From PVC group bacterium (GTDB lineage Bacteria > Omnitrophota > Gorgyraeia > B26-G9): 64,000 nucleotides of DNA. The DNA lies in NCBI GenBank assembly GCA_024231215.1, contig JAAEQR010000072.1:641210-705209 (forward strand). The letters run 5' to 3'. Below the pieces are notes generated by a model that searched no databases, was not told where the DNA came from, and worked only from the letters and a program-made list of their open reading frames with translations. The translations under genes were made by a program, and so were the position numbers. Below, one piece after another: positions 18,496 through 28,366 of this stretch; within the stretch, counting starts at the first letter, position 1, and every line of letters begins with the position of its first letter.

Positions 18496-19381
18496 TTTAG
18501 ATGGTCTCTGGACATATCGGCGTTATTTTGGGCAGAGCCAACCGGGATCAGCAGAGGTAGTAGACCCTGTTTATGCCGAAGGGCTAATGCGTTTTCTGGA
18601 ATTATTTAAAAAGTATAATGTGAAAGCTACTTTTTTTATTGTGGGTAAAGATGCTCAACAGCCGGAACAACGAAAACTTATTGCGAGGCTTGTTGAAGCA
18701 GGGCACGAGATTGCTAATCATACAATGTCTCATCCTCAGCACTTTAATCTTCTTTCTGCAGAACAAGTAGAAGATGAAATTTCAGATTGTGATAAAATCC
18801 TACAGGAGATAGGGACAAAAGCTATCGCTGGTTTCCGGGCTCCGGGGTTTAGTATTCAGGCTGATACGTTATCAATATTGAGGGAAAAAGGGTATATGTA
18901 TGATACCTCGGTTATTCCCTCATCTTTGATTCCGTTTATTATGAATATTTCTCATTCTATTTTGCGTCGTAAGCCGGTGTGTATGGGGGCAGGCAGGATA
19001 GGGTTTGGTTTTGCGCCATTGGATGTATATAATCCGGACCAAAAGAGGATTTGGAAAAAAGGGGACAGTTTGTTGTTTGAGGTGCCGGTTTCTGTAATCC
19101 CTGGATTACGGTTGCCTTTACATAGTTCATATGTATTTATGTTTGGAAAAGGGTATTTTAGATACGGATTAAAGCGTTTACAGAAAAATAATGTTTCACC
19201 CTGCTATTTGTTTCATGGGATAGATTTGGTGGATTTGGAAAAACAGAAAGTAAGCATTCCGTTTTTTAAAACTTTAGAAAAAAGATTGAATGTCTGTGAG
19301 TATATTATAAAATCTTTTAGCAAGAAGTATGAATTGTTAACAACCAGACAGCTGGTCCAGACGAATGGGATGGGATTATGA
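18470..19381 (+). CDS. Polysaccharide deacetylase (CE4/NodB-like)
   Basis: VDLD, ATFFIVG, HEIANHTMSH, GFRAPGFS, YDTS. Confidence 0.88.
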   Translation: MMYGTIQVDLDGLWTYRRYFGQSQPGSAEVVDPVYAEGLMRFLELFKKYNVKATFFIVGKDAQQPEQRKLIARLVEAGHEIANHTMSHPQHFNLLSAEQVEDEISDCDKILQEIGTKAIAGFRAPGFSIQADTLSILREKGYMYDTSVIPSSLIPFIMNISHSILRRKPVCMGAGRIGFGFAPLDVYNPDQKRIWKKGDSLLFEVPVSVIPGLRLPLHSSYVFMFGKGYFRYGLKRLQKNNVSPCYLFHGIDLVDLEKQKVSIPFFKTLEKRLNVCEYIIKSFSKKYELLTTRQLVQTNGMGL

Positions 19382-20121
19382 TTTATATTCTTTTACCCGC
19401 ATATAATGAAGCGAAAAACATAGAAGCTGTAGTTTCTGGAATCAGTGGGGTTTTACTGGATAAAGAATACTGTATTGTTATTGTAAACGATGGTAGTACG
19501 GATAATACTCAGGATGTGATCTCAGGATTATGTAGAGGGGTGCCTGAGTTGAAAAGCATTAATTTTCCAGAAAATCGTGGTGTGGGAGAGGTTTTTAAGC
19601 AGGGGATAAAGTATGTTTCTGAGTTGGCTCTGAAAAATCAGGACATACTTATTTCTTTAGATTGTGACCGTTCTCATCCAGCCAATGCAATTAATGGAGT
19701 TATCGAAGCGTTGGAGGCAGGGAATGATATTGTTGTTGCTTCGCGATATCATCCACAAAGTAAAACGCAAGGGTTACCGTTTGTTCGGGAATTAATGAGT
19801 AATACTATAAATTTTTGGCTGAAAGTCTTTTTCCCTTTAAAAGGGGTAAAAGATTATACTACTTTTTTCCGCGGATACAGAGTCGGTTTATTACTAAAAG
19901 CGCAGGAGCATTACAGAGAATCTTTCATTGCGGAAAAGGGATTTTCCTGTATGGCTGAGATATTGATAAAACTACGCAGGTTTAGACCTAAAGCAACAGA
20001 GGTTCCTCTTGTGTTACGGTTTGATTTGCGTACCGGTAGAAGCAAGATGAAAGTACTGGAAACGATCGCAGGTTATCTACGTTTAATACTAGATTATTTT
20101 CTTTTTTCAAGAAAAAGGTAA
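19378..20121 (+). CDS. GT2 glycosyltransferase, polyprenol-phosphate (DPM1/ArnC-like)
   Basis: LPAYNE, VNDGSTDNT, DCDRSH (DxD), VVASRY, R..GRSK. Confidence 0.88.
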   Translation: MIYILLPAYNEAKNIEAVVSGISGVLLDKEYCIVIVNDGSTDNTQDVISGLCRGVPELKSINFPENRGVGEVFKQGIKYVSELALKNQDILISLDCDRSHPANAINGVIEALEAGNDIVVASRYHPQSKTQGLPFVRELMSNTINFWLKVFFPLKGVKDYTTFFRGYRVGLLLKAQEHYRESFIAEKGFSCMAEILIKLRRFRPKATEVPLVLRFDLRTGRSKMKVLETIAGYLRLILDYFLFSRKR

Positions 20122-21512
20122 GAGAACAAGTATCCGCCTAATTTTGCCAGATGTATTATTTCCCGGGGATCTTTAAGTTTTTTTAACAGGGATAGCAGGA
20201 ATCCGGGGCTGAAAACATATCTTAGATAAATCTGCTTTTGAAGTTTTGTTAATTTTTCTGCAGATACATGTTTTGTTCCCCAGTGGGGCGTAGAGTGCAT
20301 GAAATTAAACTTTGACCAGTCAATATCCTTTATCATACCCTCTTTTTTCATAATCGAGTAGATCTCTGTTCCTGGATAAGGGCAGATAATGCCTAATTGA
20401 AAGATATCTGGCTTTATCTGACGAATTAGCTGTTCTGTTTGCTTAATATCTTCGATATCCTCATCCGGATGAGTTCCTAAAATAAAAAACCCGCAAGCAA
20501 CAAGGCCGGCTTTATGGGTGAGCTTAAAAGCTTTTTTAACCTGATCTATCGTAATATTCTTTTTCATGAGTTTAAGCATTTTAGGACTGCCGGATTCTAC
20601 CCCATAAGCGATTTTTAAACAGCCGCAATCAGCCATTTTCTTGATGAATTCTTTGTCGACAAAACTTACCTTTGTCTGACAATCCCAGGTTAATCCCAGT
20701 GATTTAAGACCATCACAGATTTTAAAAAAGCGATTTCTGTCCAAGGTGAAATTTGTATCTTCAAAAGTTATATGATTATACCCGTATTTATCTTTACATT
20801 CGGTAAGTTCCTGAATGACATTTTCCGCACTTCTAAAGCGTACTTTTGGGCCGGATGTTTTTTTTACGGCACAGAAGGTGCAGTCTTGTGAACAACCCCG
20901 GGAAGTAAATACTACGGTAGATCTTTTACCGGACATGTTGATACCGGCGGCGTAAATATGTTTATATTGTTCCGGGCAAAGTAGAGAGCGGTCTGGGAAT
21001 GGTAGAGAATCCAGATTTTCAATTGGTGCTGTCGGAGTATTGACCAGAATATTATTGTTTTTTCGATAAGCAATTCCCGGGATGGCAGCAGGAGTCTTTT
21101 TTTCTTTTATTGCTTGGCAAAGCTTGGAAAACGCAATTTCACCTTCGGTAATTACAATATAATCGAATGCCGGGAAATTGCGCAGTGATTCTTCCGGGAG
21201 AGCTGATACATGCGGGCCTCCGGCAACTGTCTTGATCTTTGGATCGAGTTTTTTTAATAATTGTGCAACGTTGTGTGCATTCTTGATTGTCGGGGTCATG
21301 GAAGTGATCCCGGCGATTGATATATTTTCAGTCTCTATCCTTTTTTTGATTATATCTGGGTTGTAATCTTCTACTTCAAAGTCCCAGATAGATACTCCAA
21401 ACCCTTTATTTTTAAGAAAGGTTGCCAGGTAGAGGATATTGATTGGTTCCTGGATAAGGATTTTTTCAAAAACACCAGATATCTTGGGGGGTCTTATTAA
21501 TGCGATATTCAT
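20094..21512 (-). CDS. B12-binding radical SAM protein
   Basis: GGPHVS, EGE, TSRGCSQDCTFC, YGVESGS, PYPGT. Confidence 0.92.
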   Translation of the reverse strand: MNIALIRPPKISGVFEKILIQEPINILYLATFLKNKGFGVSIWDFEVEDYNPDIIKKRIETENISIAGITSMTPTIKNAHNVAQLLKKLDPKIKTVAGGPHVSALPEESLRNFPAFDYIVITEGEIAFSKLCQAIKEKKTPAAIPGIAYRKNNNILVNTPTAPIENLDSLPFPDRSLLCPEQYKHIYAAGINMSGKRSTVVFTSRGCSQDCTFCAVKKTSGPKVRFRSAENVIQELTECKDKYGYNHITFEDTNFTLDRNRFFKICDGLKSLGLTWDCQTKVSFVDKEFIKKMADCGCLKIAYGVESGSPKMLKLMKKNITIDQVKKAFKLTHKAGLVACGFFILGTHPDEDIEDIKQTEQLIRQIKPDIFQLGIICPYPGTEIYSIMKKEGMIKDIDWSKFNFMHSTPHWGTKHVSAEKLTKLQKQIYLRYVFSPGFLLSLLKKLKDPREIIHLAKLGGYLFSYLFLEKRK

Positions 21513-21632
21513 ATCAATATTTTGTTCCTTTTTGAAAGATATTCGATAGTATGATAGAATCTATAGTATCTTGATTTCTCTTACAAGTCAATATCCGGGC
21601 GAGTGCTACCTATTACCAAAAGAGATGTTTTA

Positions 21633-23129
21633 ATGACCCAAAAGATAAAAAAAATAATGCTGATTTTTCCTACGGGAAAAGTTTTAAAAGGGCATTTTCA
21701 TCATTGTGAAATTCCAATGGGATTAGCGTATTTAGCGGCGGTGTTGCGTGATGATTTTGAAGTTAAGGTATTGGATGGTAGGGCAAAGTTTAAAAGAATA
21801 GTTGTTCCAGGAAGCAAATGGGAGTATTTTGGCTATACGCCCCAACAGATACTGGAACAAATAAAAGAATACTCACCGGAAGTAGTTGGTATTAGCTGTC
21901 TTTCTTCTTTTCACTTTCCTGATGTAATAGACCTGTTCAAGAAAATAAAAAAAGCGGATAAAAACATTATTACCGTAACCGGCGGGACGCATCCTACATT
22001 TCTTGCAGATCAGGTTATGAGCCGGCATCCGGAAGTTGATTTTATTGTGCTGGGAGAGGGAGAGGAAACTTTCCGTAATTTGCTTTTAGCGATTGATTCA
22101 GGCTCTCGATATCAGGGGTTGGATGGTTTGGCTTTTCGGAATGACAATGACGGAGAGGTTAGAGTTAACCCCAAAACGCAGTATATTAAAGAGCTGGATA
22201 GTTTGCCTTTCCCTGCACTTGATTTGTTTCCATTGGATTTTTATGAAAAGAAAAGTATTCCATTTAGTGTTACCTGTCGGAGTAAAAAGACAGCGCCGAT
22301 TTTAACTAGTCGCGGTTGTTCATCTAGCTGTGTATTTTGTGCTTCCAAAAACTATTGGGGAAGACATTATCGCATGCGATCAGCTAAGAATGTTCTGGAT
22401 GAAATTGAATATCTGATTAATAAGTACGGGGTTAAAGAAATCCAGTTTATCGATGATAATTTAACGTTGGATAAAAAACGGGCGATAGATATCTTTAACG
22501 GTATTATTGAAAGGAAACTGGATATTTACTGGAATACTCCCAATGGGGTTGCGGTGTGGACACTTGATGAACCACTTTTGGAATTAATGAAAAAGAGCGG
22601 GTGCTATGAATTAACTGTGGCATTTGAAAGTGGAGATCAGGATGTGCTGAATAAAATAATAAAGAAGCCGCTTAATCTTCAATATGCGGCGCGTATGGTT
22701 AATAAGATGAAAGAGCTGGGTATTCAAGTTCATTCTTTCTTTATCTCAGGGTTTCCCGGAGAAACAAAGGAGCAAATATTGCGAAGTTTTGCTTTTGCTA
22801 ATAAGATGGATTTAGATAGCGCCTGGTTTTTTATTGCTAATCCTACTCCTGGATCTGAATTGTATGATATTTGTGTGGAAAAAGGGTATATAAGTAAGGA
22901 TTTTTCTTTTGAAGATATAGAATATAATCTGCCGCATATTGAAACTGAAGATTTCACGAAGCAGGAGGTGGAAAAACTGGTCTTAACACAATTTAATAAA
23001 TATAATATAAGCCTCATTTTTCGGCATCCTATGCGGTTTTTTAAAAAGTATATGATTTTAATGATTACGCATCCGATTATGACATTTAGAAGTATCTTTG
23101 CTGATTTGGTAAAAATTATAGGAAAATGA
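21633..23129 (+). CDS. B12-binding radical SAM protein
   Basis: PMGLAYLAA, GGTHPT, GEGE, TSRGCSSSCVFC, DDNLT, WNTPNG, GFPGET. Confidence 0.92.
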   Translation: MTQKIKKIMLIFPTGKVLKGHFHHCEIPMGLAYLAAVLRDDFEVKVLDGRAKFKRIVVPGSKWEYFGYTPQQILEQIKEYSPEVVGISCLSSFHFPDVIDLFKKIKKADKNIITVTGGTHPTFLADQVMSRHPEVDFIVLGEGEETFRNLLLAIDSGSRYQGLDGLAFRNDNDGEVRVNPKTQYIKELDSLPFPALDLFPLDFYEKKSIPFSVTCRSKKTAPILTSRGCSSSCVFCASKNYWGRHYRMRSAKNVLDEIEYLINKYGVKEIQFIDDNLTLDKKRAIDIFNGIIERKLDIYWNTPNGVAVWTLDEPLLELMKKSGCYELTVAFESGDQDVLNKIIKKPLNLQYAARMVNKMKELGIQVHSFFISGFPGETKEQILRSFAFANKMDLDSAWFFIANPTPGSELYDICVEKGYISKDFSFEDIEYNLPHIETEDFTKQEVEKLVLTQFNKYNISLIFRHPMRFFKKYMILMITHPIMTFRSIFADLVKIIGK

Positions 23130-24649
23130 TAGAGTCTAAGCAGAAGATAAATAAAATATTACTTATCTTTCCAGCAGTTATTTTTTCTGGAGAGAGTCCA
23201 AAACAGATAATGCCGCCGTTAGGGATAAGTTATCTGGCGGCCTACTTAAGGCCTGATTATGAGGTAAAGCTGCTTGATGCGGCAGTAGAAGGGTATAATC
23301 AGGAAAGCAGGATTTCTACGCGTTTCTTCCAATATGGTCTGGATAACGATCATATTCGTAAAAGAATAATTGATTTTGCTCCGGATGTAGTTGGGGTTTC
23401 ATGTTTGTTTTCCAGCCAGTTTCTGTCTGCTGCTTCAGTTTGTGCGATAGCTAAGAATGTTTCGCCGGAAATAGTAACTGTTATGGGAGGGACTCACCCG
23501 ACTTTTTTAAGTGAACAGTGTTTAGCTGATAGGAATATCGATTTTATCGTGAGGGGGGAAGGCGAACGGACATTTAAAGAGTTACTGGATTGTTTGCGTT
23601 GTGGACAGTCATTTAAAGATGTAGGAGGTATTGCTTTTAGGCAGGATAATCTGGTGCGGATAAATCCAGCTCCAATGATTGCAGAAGATATTGACCGGAT
23701 TCCGGTTCCGGCAAGAGATTTATTACCGCTAGAGAAGTATTTTCAGATTAATATGCCGATGGGATTGATAAGTAGACAGACTCCGGCAATGAACATGATT
23801 ACTTCCCGGGGATGTTCTTTTGATTGTTCTTTTTGTTCTTCCTGTCATTTTTGGGGAAGGCGTTATCGCCCGAGGTTGGTAGAAAATGTATTGGATGAAA
23901 TGGAACAATTGAAAGATATGGGTATTAAAGAGCTGAAATTTTTTGATGATAATCTTACGCTTGACCGGGAACGTGCGAAAAAATTATTTCGAGGAATGAT
24001 TGCTCGTAAATTTAATTTTTCCTGGAATACTCCGAATGGAATTGCGGCGCAGACATTGGATGAAGAAATGGTTCTCCTAATGAAAGAAAGCGGGTGTTAT
24101 GAGATCACCCTGGCCGTGGAAAGCGGGGATGAGCAGATTCTGCGTGATGTCTTGAAAAAACCGATTAATTTAAAGCATACACTTCATATCGCCGAAATAA
24201 TTAAAAATTGCGGTATTGATACCTATGGATTTTTTATTATTGGATTTCCCCAGGAGACAAAAAAACAAATATATAATACACTGCATTTCATGGATAAGAT
24301 CAGGCTGGATAGAATATCATTGTTTATTGCCAATCCTTTGCCGGGTACGGAGATATATCGTATTTGCCGGGAAAAAGGATATTTGTCGGGAGATTTTGAG
24401 CAAAAGCCGTTAGACTATTTTCAATCGGTATTTCAGACTCCTGAGTTTGACTCAAAATTTTTAGAAAGCACGCGACGTCGATGGTACTGGAGGTACAACA
24501 GTAAACTCTTATTAAGAAACCCTTTTAAATTTTTCCGGAAGTATAGTATATTTATATTTAAACGACCGTTATTCTTATTGCGGATAATTATTAATAAATT
24601 AATCGTTCCGAGTTTAAATTATGCAAGAAACCAAACAGAAAAAAAATAA
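23126..24649 (+). CDS. B12-binding radical SAM protein (paralog of the upstream gene)
   Basis: PLGISYLAA, GGTHPT, GEGE, TSRGCSFDCSFC, DDNLT, WNTPNG, PLPGT. Confidence 0.92.
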   Translation: MIESKQKINKILLIFPAVIFSGESPKQIMPPLGISYLAAYLRPDYEVKLLDAAVEGYNQESRISTRFFQYGLDNDHIRKRIIDFAPDVVGVSCLFSSQFLSAASVCAIAKNVSPEIVTVMGGTHPTFLSEQCLADRNIDFIVRGEGERTFKELLDCLRCGQSFKDVGGIAFRQDNLVRINPAPMIAEDIDRIPVPARDLLPLEKYFQINMPMGLISRQTPAMNMITSRGCSFDCSFCSSCHFWGRRYRPRLVENVLDEMEQLKDMGIKELKFFDDNLTLDRERAKKLFRGMIARKFNFSWNTPNGIAAQTLDEEMVLLMKESGCYEITLAVESGDEQILRDVLKKPINLKHTLHIAEIIKNCGIDTYGFFIIGFPQETKKQIYNTLHFMDKIRLDRISLFIANPLPGTEIYRICREKGYLSGDFEQKPLDYFQSVFQTPEFDSKFLESTRRRWYWRYNSKLLLRNPFKFFRKYSIFIFKRPLFLLRIIINKLIVPSLNYARNQTEKK

Positions 24650-26642
24650 ATTCAGAAGTATTGATGCTTTGATCATTGGAGGTGTTTTTTTTGTCGCCTT
24701 TTTTCTGAGGCTTGTCTATTTGTATCAGTATAAAAACAATCCTTTTTTTCTTAGCCCTGTTATTGATGCTTTATCTCACTACTTGTACGCTATGCGAATG
24801 TCCCAGGGGGACTGGTTGTTAAAGGGGGAGGTTGTTGGGCGTGCGCCCTTATATGTGTATTTTTTGGCGTTTCTTTTTAAAATGTTCGGCTCCGGATATT
24901 TTGCAGCGCGTATTGTGCAAATGCTGCTTGGTGCTTTAAATTGCGTTTTAGTCTATTTCTTGGGTAAAAAAGTGTTTAATAGATATGTGGGTGCGATCGC
25001 TGCGTTTATTTGTAGTGCCTACGGGGTATTGATTTATTTTGATGCTGAGTTTTTATACGTTGGGTTGGGAATATTTGTAAATCTGTTATTGTTATTATTT
25101 GTTTTGCATACAGTAGAAAGTCCCCGGTTTTGGAAATGGATTTGTTGTGGAATGCTTTTTGGTATGGGGTTGCAGACAAATGCGTTAATAATTTTATTTT
25201 TGCCGTTTTTACTTATCTGGATATATTTATATAGCAATAAAAAAGCAGTTACTGCGGTGCTTCTGGTTGTGCTTGGGGCTGTAGTTTTTGTTCTTCCTTT
25301 TGCCCTGCGCAATTATTTGGAGGGTGGTGACGTTATGCTTATTTCTTCGGCGGCAGGGATTAATCTTTATATTGGTAATAATCCAGGTGCTGATGGTAAA
25401 AGTGCTTTTGTACCATCCCGGGATTTTTCATATGCAGAAGGCTGGCAGGATAATGTTTTAACTTCTTCGATTAAGGCTGCTGAAAGAGAACTCGGACATG
25501 AATTGACCCCGTCAGAGGTTTCGCGATTCTGGACTTTAAAAGCAGCCAGCTTTATTTTAAAAGATCCCGGGAGTTTCTGTTTGCTTTTAATAAGAAAGTT
25601 TTTTTACTTTTTCAACGGTTATGAAATTGCCGAAAACCAAAGTATTTATTTCTTTCGGGTCTGGTCGTCTCTTTTGAAAATTACCGTATTTGAAAATTCC
25701 GTGATTGCTTTTCCTTTTGGGCTGATATGTCCGTTTGCTTTATTGGGGATATTTGTATCCTTTAGGAAGGGTAAAGGAGCTCATCTGCTTAGATTTTTTG
25801 TGCTGGCTAATTTTATATTATTGATGATTTTCTTTGTCTGCAGCCGGTATCGTACTAATGTAGTGCCGTATTTTATTATTTTTAGTGCGTACGGAGTATT
25901 CTGGATTTTTAATAATTTAAAGAAGAAAAATTTTAAGCCGGTAGTATGCTCTGTCTTTCCCTTGTTGCTGCTATCCTCGTTTAGTAATTCCACTTTATTA
26001 GGTGTCAGGGAAGAGGACGATTCCCGGTGGTTTTTTAATTTAGGTGCTGCATTTAGTTATAAGGGACAAAAAGAAAGAGCTTTAAAATCTTTTCAAAGCG
26101 CAAAAGATATAAATCCTAAAAATCCGGATGTTTTATATAACTTGGGAGTATTATATCTAAAAAAAGGGGATGAGCAGCAAGCAGCCGAAGAATTTGAGCA
26201 GGTAGTTGAGATCGATCCGGATGATTCTGCTGCACATACTAATTTAGGTATCGTTTATTTTAGACAAGGGAAGTTTGAAAAGGCAATCAAAAGTTATGAG
26301 GCTGCTTTAGGTATTGACGAAGAAGATATAGGTGTGATGGTGAACTTAGGTGCTGCGTATACCAAGACCGGAGATTTTTCAAATGCCTCGGTTGTGTTTA
26401 AGAAAGCAAAGTCTTTGGAGCCTGGTTTTGCGCCGTTGCATCAGCATCTCGCTATACTTTATGAAAAAACAAATGATTATAAAAATGCGGAGATGGAGTA
26501 TTTATTAGCCATACAGCAAAAGCCTGATTATTTTGAGGCTTATAATAACCTTGCTTTGTTATATGAAAAAATGGAGCAGCCTGAAGAAGCCAAAGTGTAT
26601 CGTCTTAAAGCCCTTGAAATCCTGCCGGATATGACGCATTGA
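24621..26642 (+). CDS. GT-C fold (PMT/ArnT-like) membrane glycosyltransferase with C-terminal TPR repeats
   Basis: Multi-TM N-terminus with PVIDA loop, APLY, GINLYIGNNPGADG, SRYR; about 6 TPRs (YNLG, HTNLG, YNNLA). Confidence 0.85.
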   Translation: MQETKQKKNKFRSIDALIIGGVFFVAFFLRLVYLYQYKNNPFFLSPVIDALSHYLYAMRMSQGDWLLKGEVVGRAPLYVYFLAFLFKMFGSGYFAARIVQMLLGALNCVLVYFLGKKVFNRYVGAIAAFICSAYGVLIYFDAEFLYVGLGIFVNLLLLLFVLHTVESPRFWKWICCGMLFGMGLQTNALIILFLPFLLIWIYLYSNKKAVTAVLLVVLGAVVFVLPFALRNYLEGGDVMLISSAAGINLYIGNNPGADGKSAFVPSRDFSYAEGWQDNVLTSSIKAAERELGHELTPSEVSRFWTLKAASFILKDPGSFCLLLIRKFFYFFNGYEIAENQSIYFFRVWSSLLKITVFENSVIAFPFGLICPFALLGIFVSFRKGKGAHLLRFFVLANFILLMIFFVCSRYRTNVVPYFIIFSAYGVFWIFNNLKKKNFKPVVCSVFPLLLLSSFSNSTLLGVREEDDSRWFFNLGAAFSYKGQKERALKSFQSAKDINPKNPDVLYNLGVLYLKKGDEQQAAEEFEQVVEIDPDDSAAHTNLGIVYFRQGKFEKAIKSYEAALGIDEEDIGVMVNLGAAYTKTGDFSNASVVFKKAKSLEPGFAPLHQHLAILYEKTNDYKNAEMEYLLAIQQKPDYFEAYNNLALLYEKMEQPEEAKVYRLKALEILPDMTH

Positions 26643-26666
26643 GGGTATAATATTATTGAATGCCTC

Positions 26667-26695
26667 TTGACAGTAGGGGGAGTATGTGGTATAGT
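26667..26695 (+). promoter_or_regulatory. Sigma70-type promoter of the pyr operon
   Basis: TTGACA-17 bp-TATAGT with TG extended -10. Confidence 0.75.
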
Positions 26696-26708
26696 TACTG
26701 AAAATAAA

Positions 26709-26739
26709 CCTTTAAATCGGTTCTGCGAGGCCGAAAAGG
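26709..26739 (+). ncRNA. PyrR binding site (anti-antiterminator hairpin)
   Basis: CCTTTAAA-TCGGTTCTGCGAGGCCGA-AAAGG matches the UUUAA and CNGNGAGGY PyrR consensus, upstream of pyrR. Confidence 0.85.
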
Positions 26740-26761
26740 AGAATTAAAACATGAATAATAA

Positions 26762-26810
26762 AACCTGTTTATCCGAATATAATAATATGCGGAAGGCAGG
26801 TTATTTTTTT
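26762..26810 (+). terminator. Attenuator terminator in the pyr leader
   Basis: AACCTGTTTATCCG ... CGGAAGGCAGGTT stem followed by ATTTTTTT. Confidence 0.75.
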
Positions 26811-26845
26811 GTCTGGCCAGGATGTTTCATATTCTGACTAACTAG

Positions 26846-27403
<558 letters not shown>

Positions 27404-27405
27404 AA

Positions 27406-28362
27406 ATGACTGAGAAAATGACTGATTGGAAGAGAAAAGATCTTTTAGGAATTGAGGAATTAAGCGCGGAGGAAATTGAATTGATTCTGCAAACAGCAGA
27501 TTCTTTTAAAGAGATTTCCAGCCGTCCAGTGAAAAAAGTTCCTACATTGAGAGGTAAGACAATTGTCCTTTTCTTTTTTGAACCATCTACGCGGACAAGG
27601 TCCAGTTTTGAATTAGCGGCAAAACGTTTAAGTGCTGACACTCTGAGTATTACTAAATCCTCCAGTTCTATCCAAAAAGGAGAGACTTTAAAAGATACTA
27701 TAAAAAATATTGAAGCTATGCAGGTGGATGTAATTATTCTGCGGCATTCTTCGAGCGGGGCGCATCATATATTAGCACCTCAAGTAACGCCTTCGATTAT
27801 TAATGCAGGGGATGGTTGTCATGAACATCCAACTCAAGCATTGCTGGATATGTTTACGATAAAAGAGAAAAAAGGTAAAATCAAGGGATTAAAAGTTACC
27901 ATACTTGGTGATATTGCACATTCCCGGGTGGCACGTAGTAATATTTGGGGCTTAAAAAAAATGGGGGCAGAGGTTACTATTTGCGGCCCAAAAACATTAT
28001 TGCCGAGGGATATTGATAAAATGGGTGTAAAAGTTACAACTTGCTTAGCCGAAGCATTAAAAGGTGCTGATGTAGTAAATATCCTGCGGATTCAGAAAGA
28101 ACGGCAGCAAGTCGGGTTGTTTCCTTCTTTGCGTGAATATGCAAGTGAGTTTGGAGTTTCAAGGGAAAAATTAGATAAATATGCAAAAAAAGATATATTG
28201 ATCATGCATCCGGGACCTATTAACCGGGGTATTGAAATAACGCCTGATGTAGCAGACGGTAAATATTCGGTGATTTTAGATCAGGTGACTAACGGTATTG
28301 CAATAAGAATGGCGGTGCTTTATTTGGTGTCTCAGGCCGGCATATCCGAACAACAGGAGTAG
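27406..28362 (+). CDS. pyrB: Aspartate carbamoyltransferase catalytic subunit
   Basis: FFEPSTRT, NAGDG, HPTQALLD, HSRVARSN, MHPGP. Confidence 0.97.
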   Translation: MTEKMTDWKRKDLLGIEELSAEEIELILQTADSFKEISSRPVKKVPTLRGKTIVLFFFEPSTRTRSSFELAAKRLSADTLSITKSSSSIQKGETLKDTIKNIEAMQVDVIILRHSSSGAHHILAPQVTPSIINAGDGCHEHPTQALLDMFTIKEKKGKIKGLKVTILGDIAHSRVARSNIWGLKKMGAEVTICGPKTLLPRDIDKMGVKVTTCLAEALKGADVVNILRIQKERQQVGLFPSLREYASEFGVSREKLDKYAKKDILIMHPGPINRGIEITPDVADGKYSVILDQVTNGIAIRMAVLYLVSQAGISEQQE

Positions 28363-28366
28363 TAAG

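Noticed and set aside
15845-24649. Radical SAM cluster as a RiPP biosynthetic locus
   Set aside because: No precursor peptide, SPASM or RRE domain, peptidase or exporter seen; neighbours are sugar-handling enzymes
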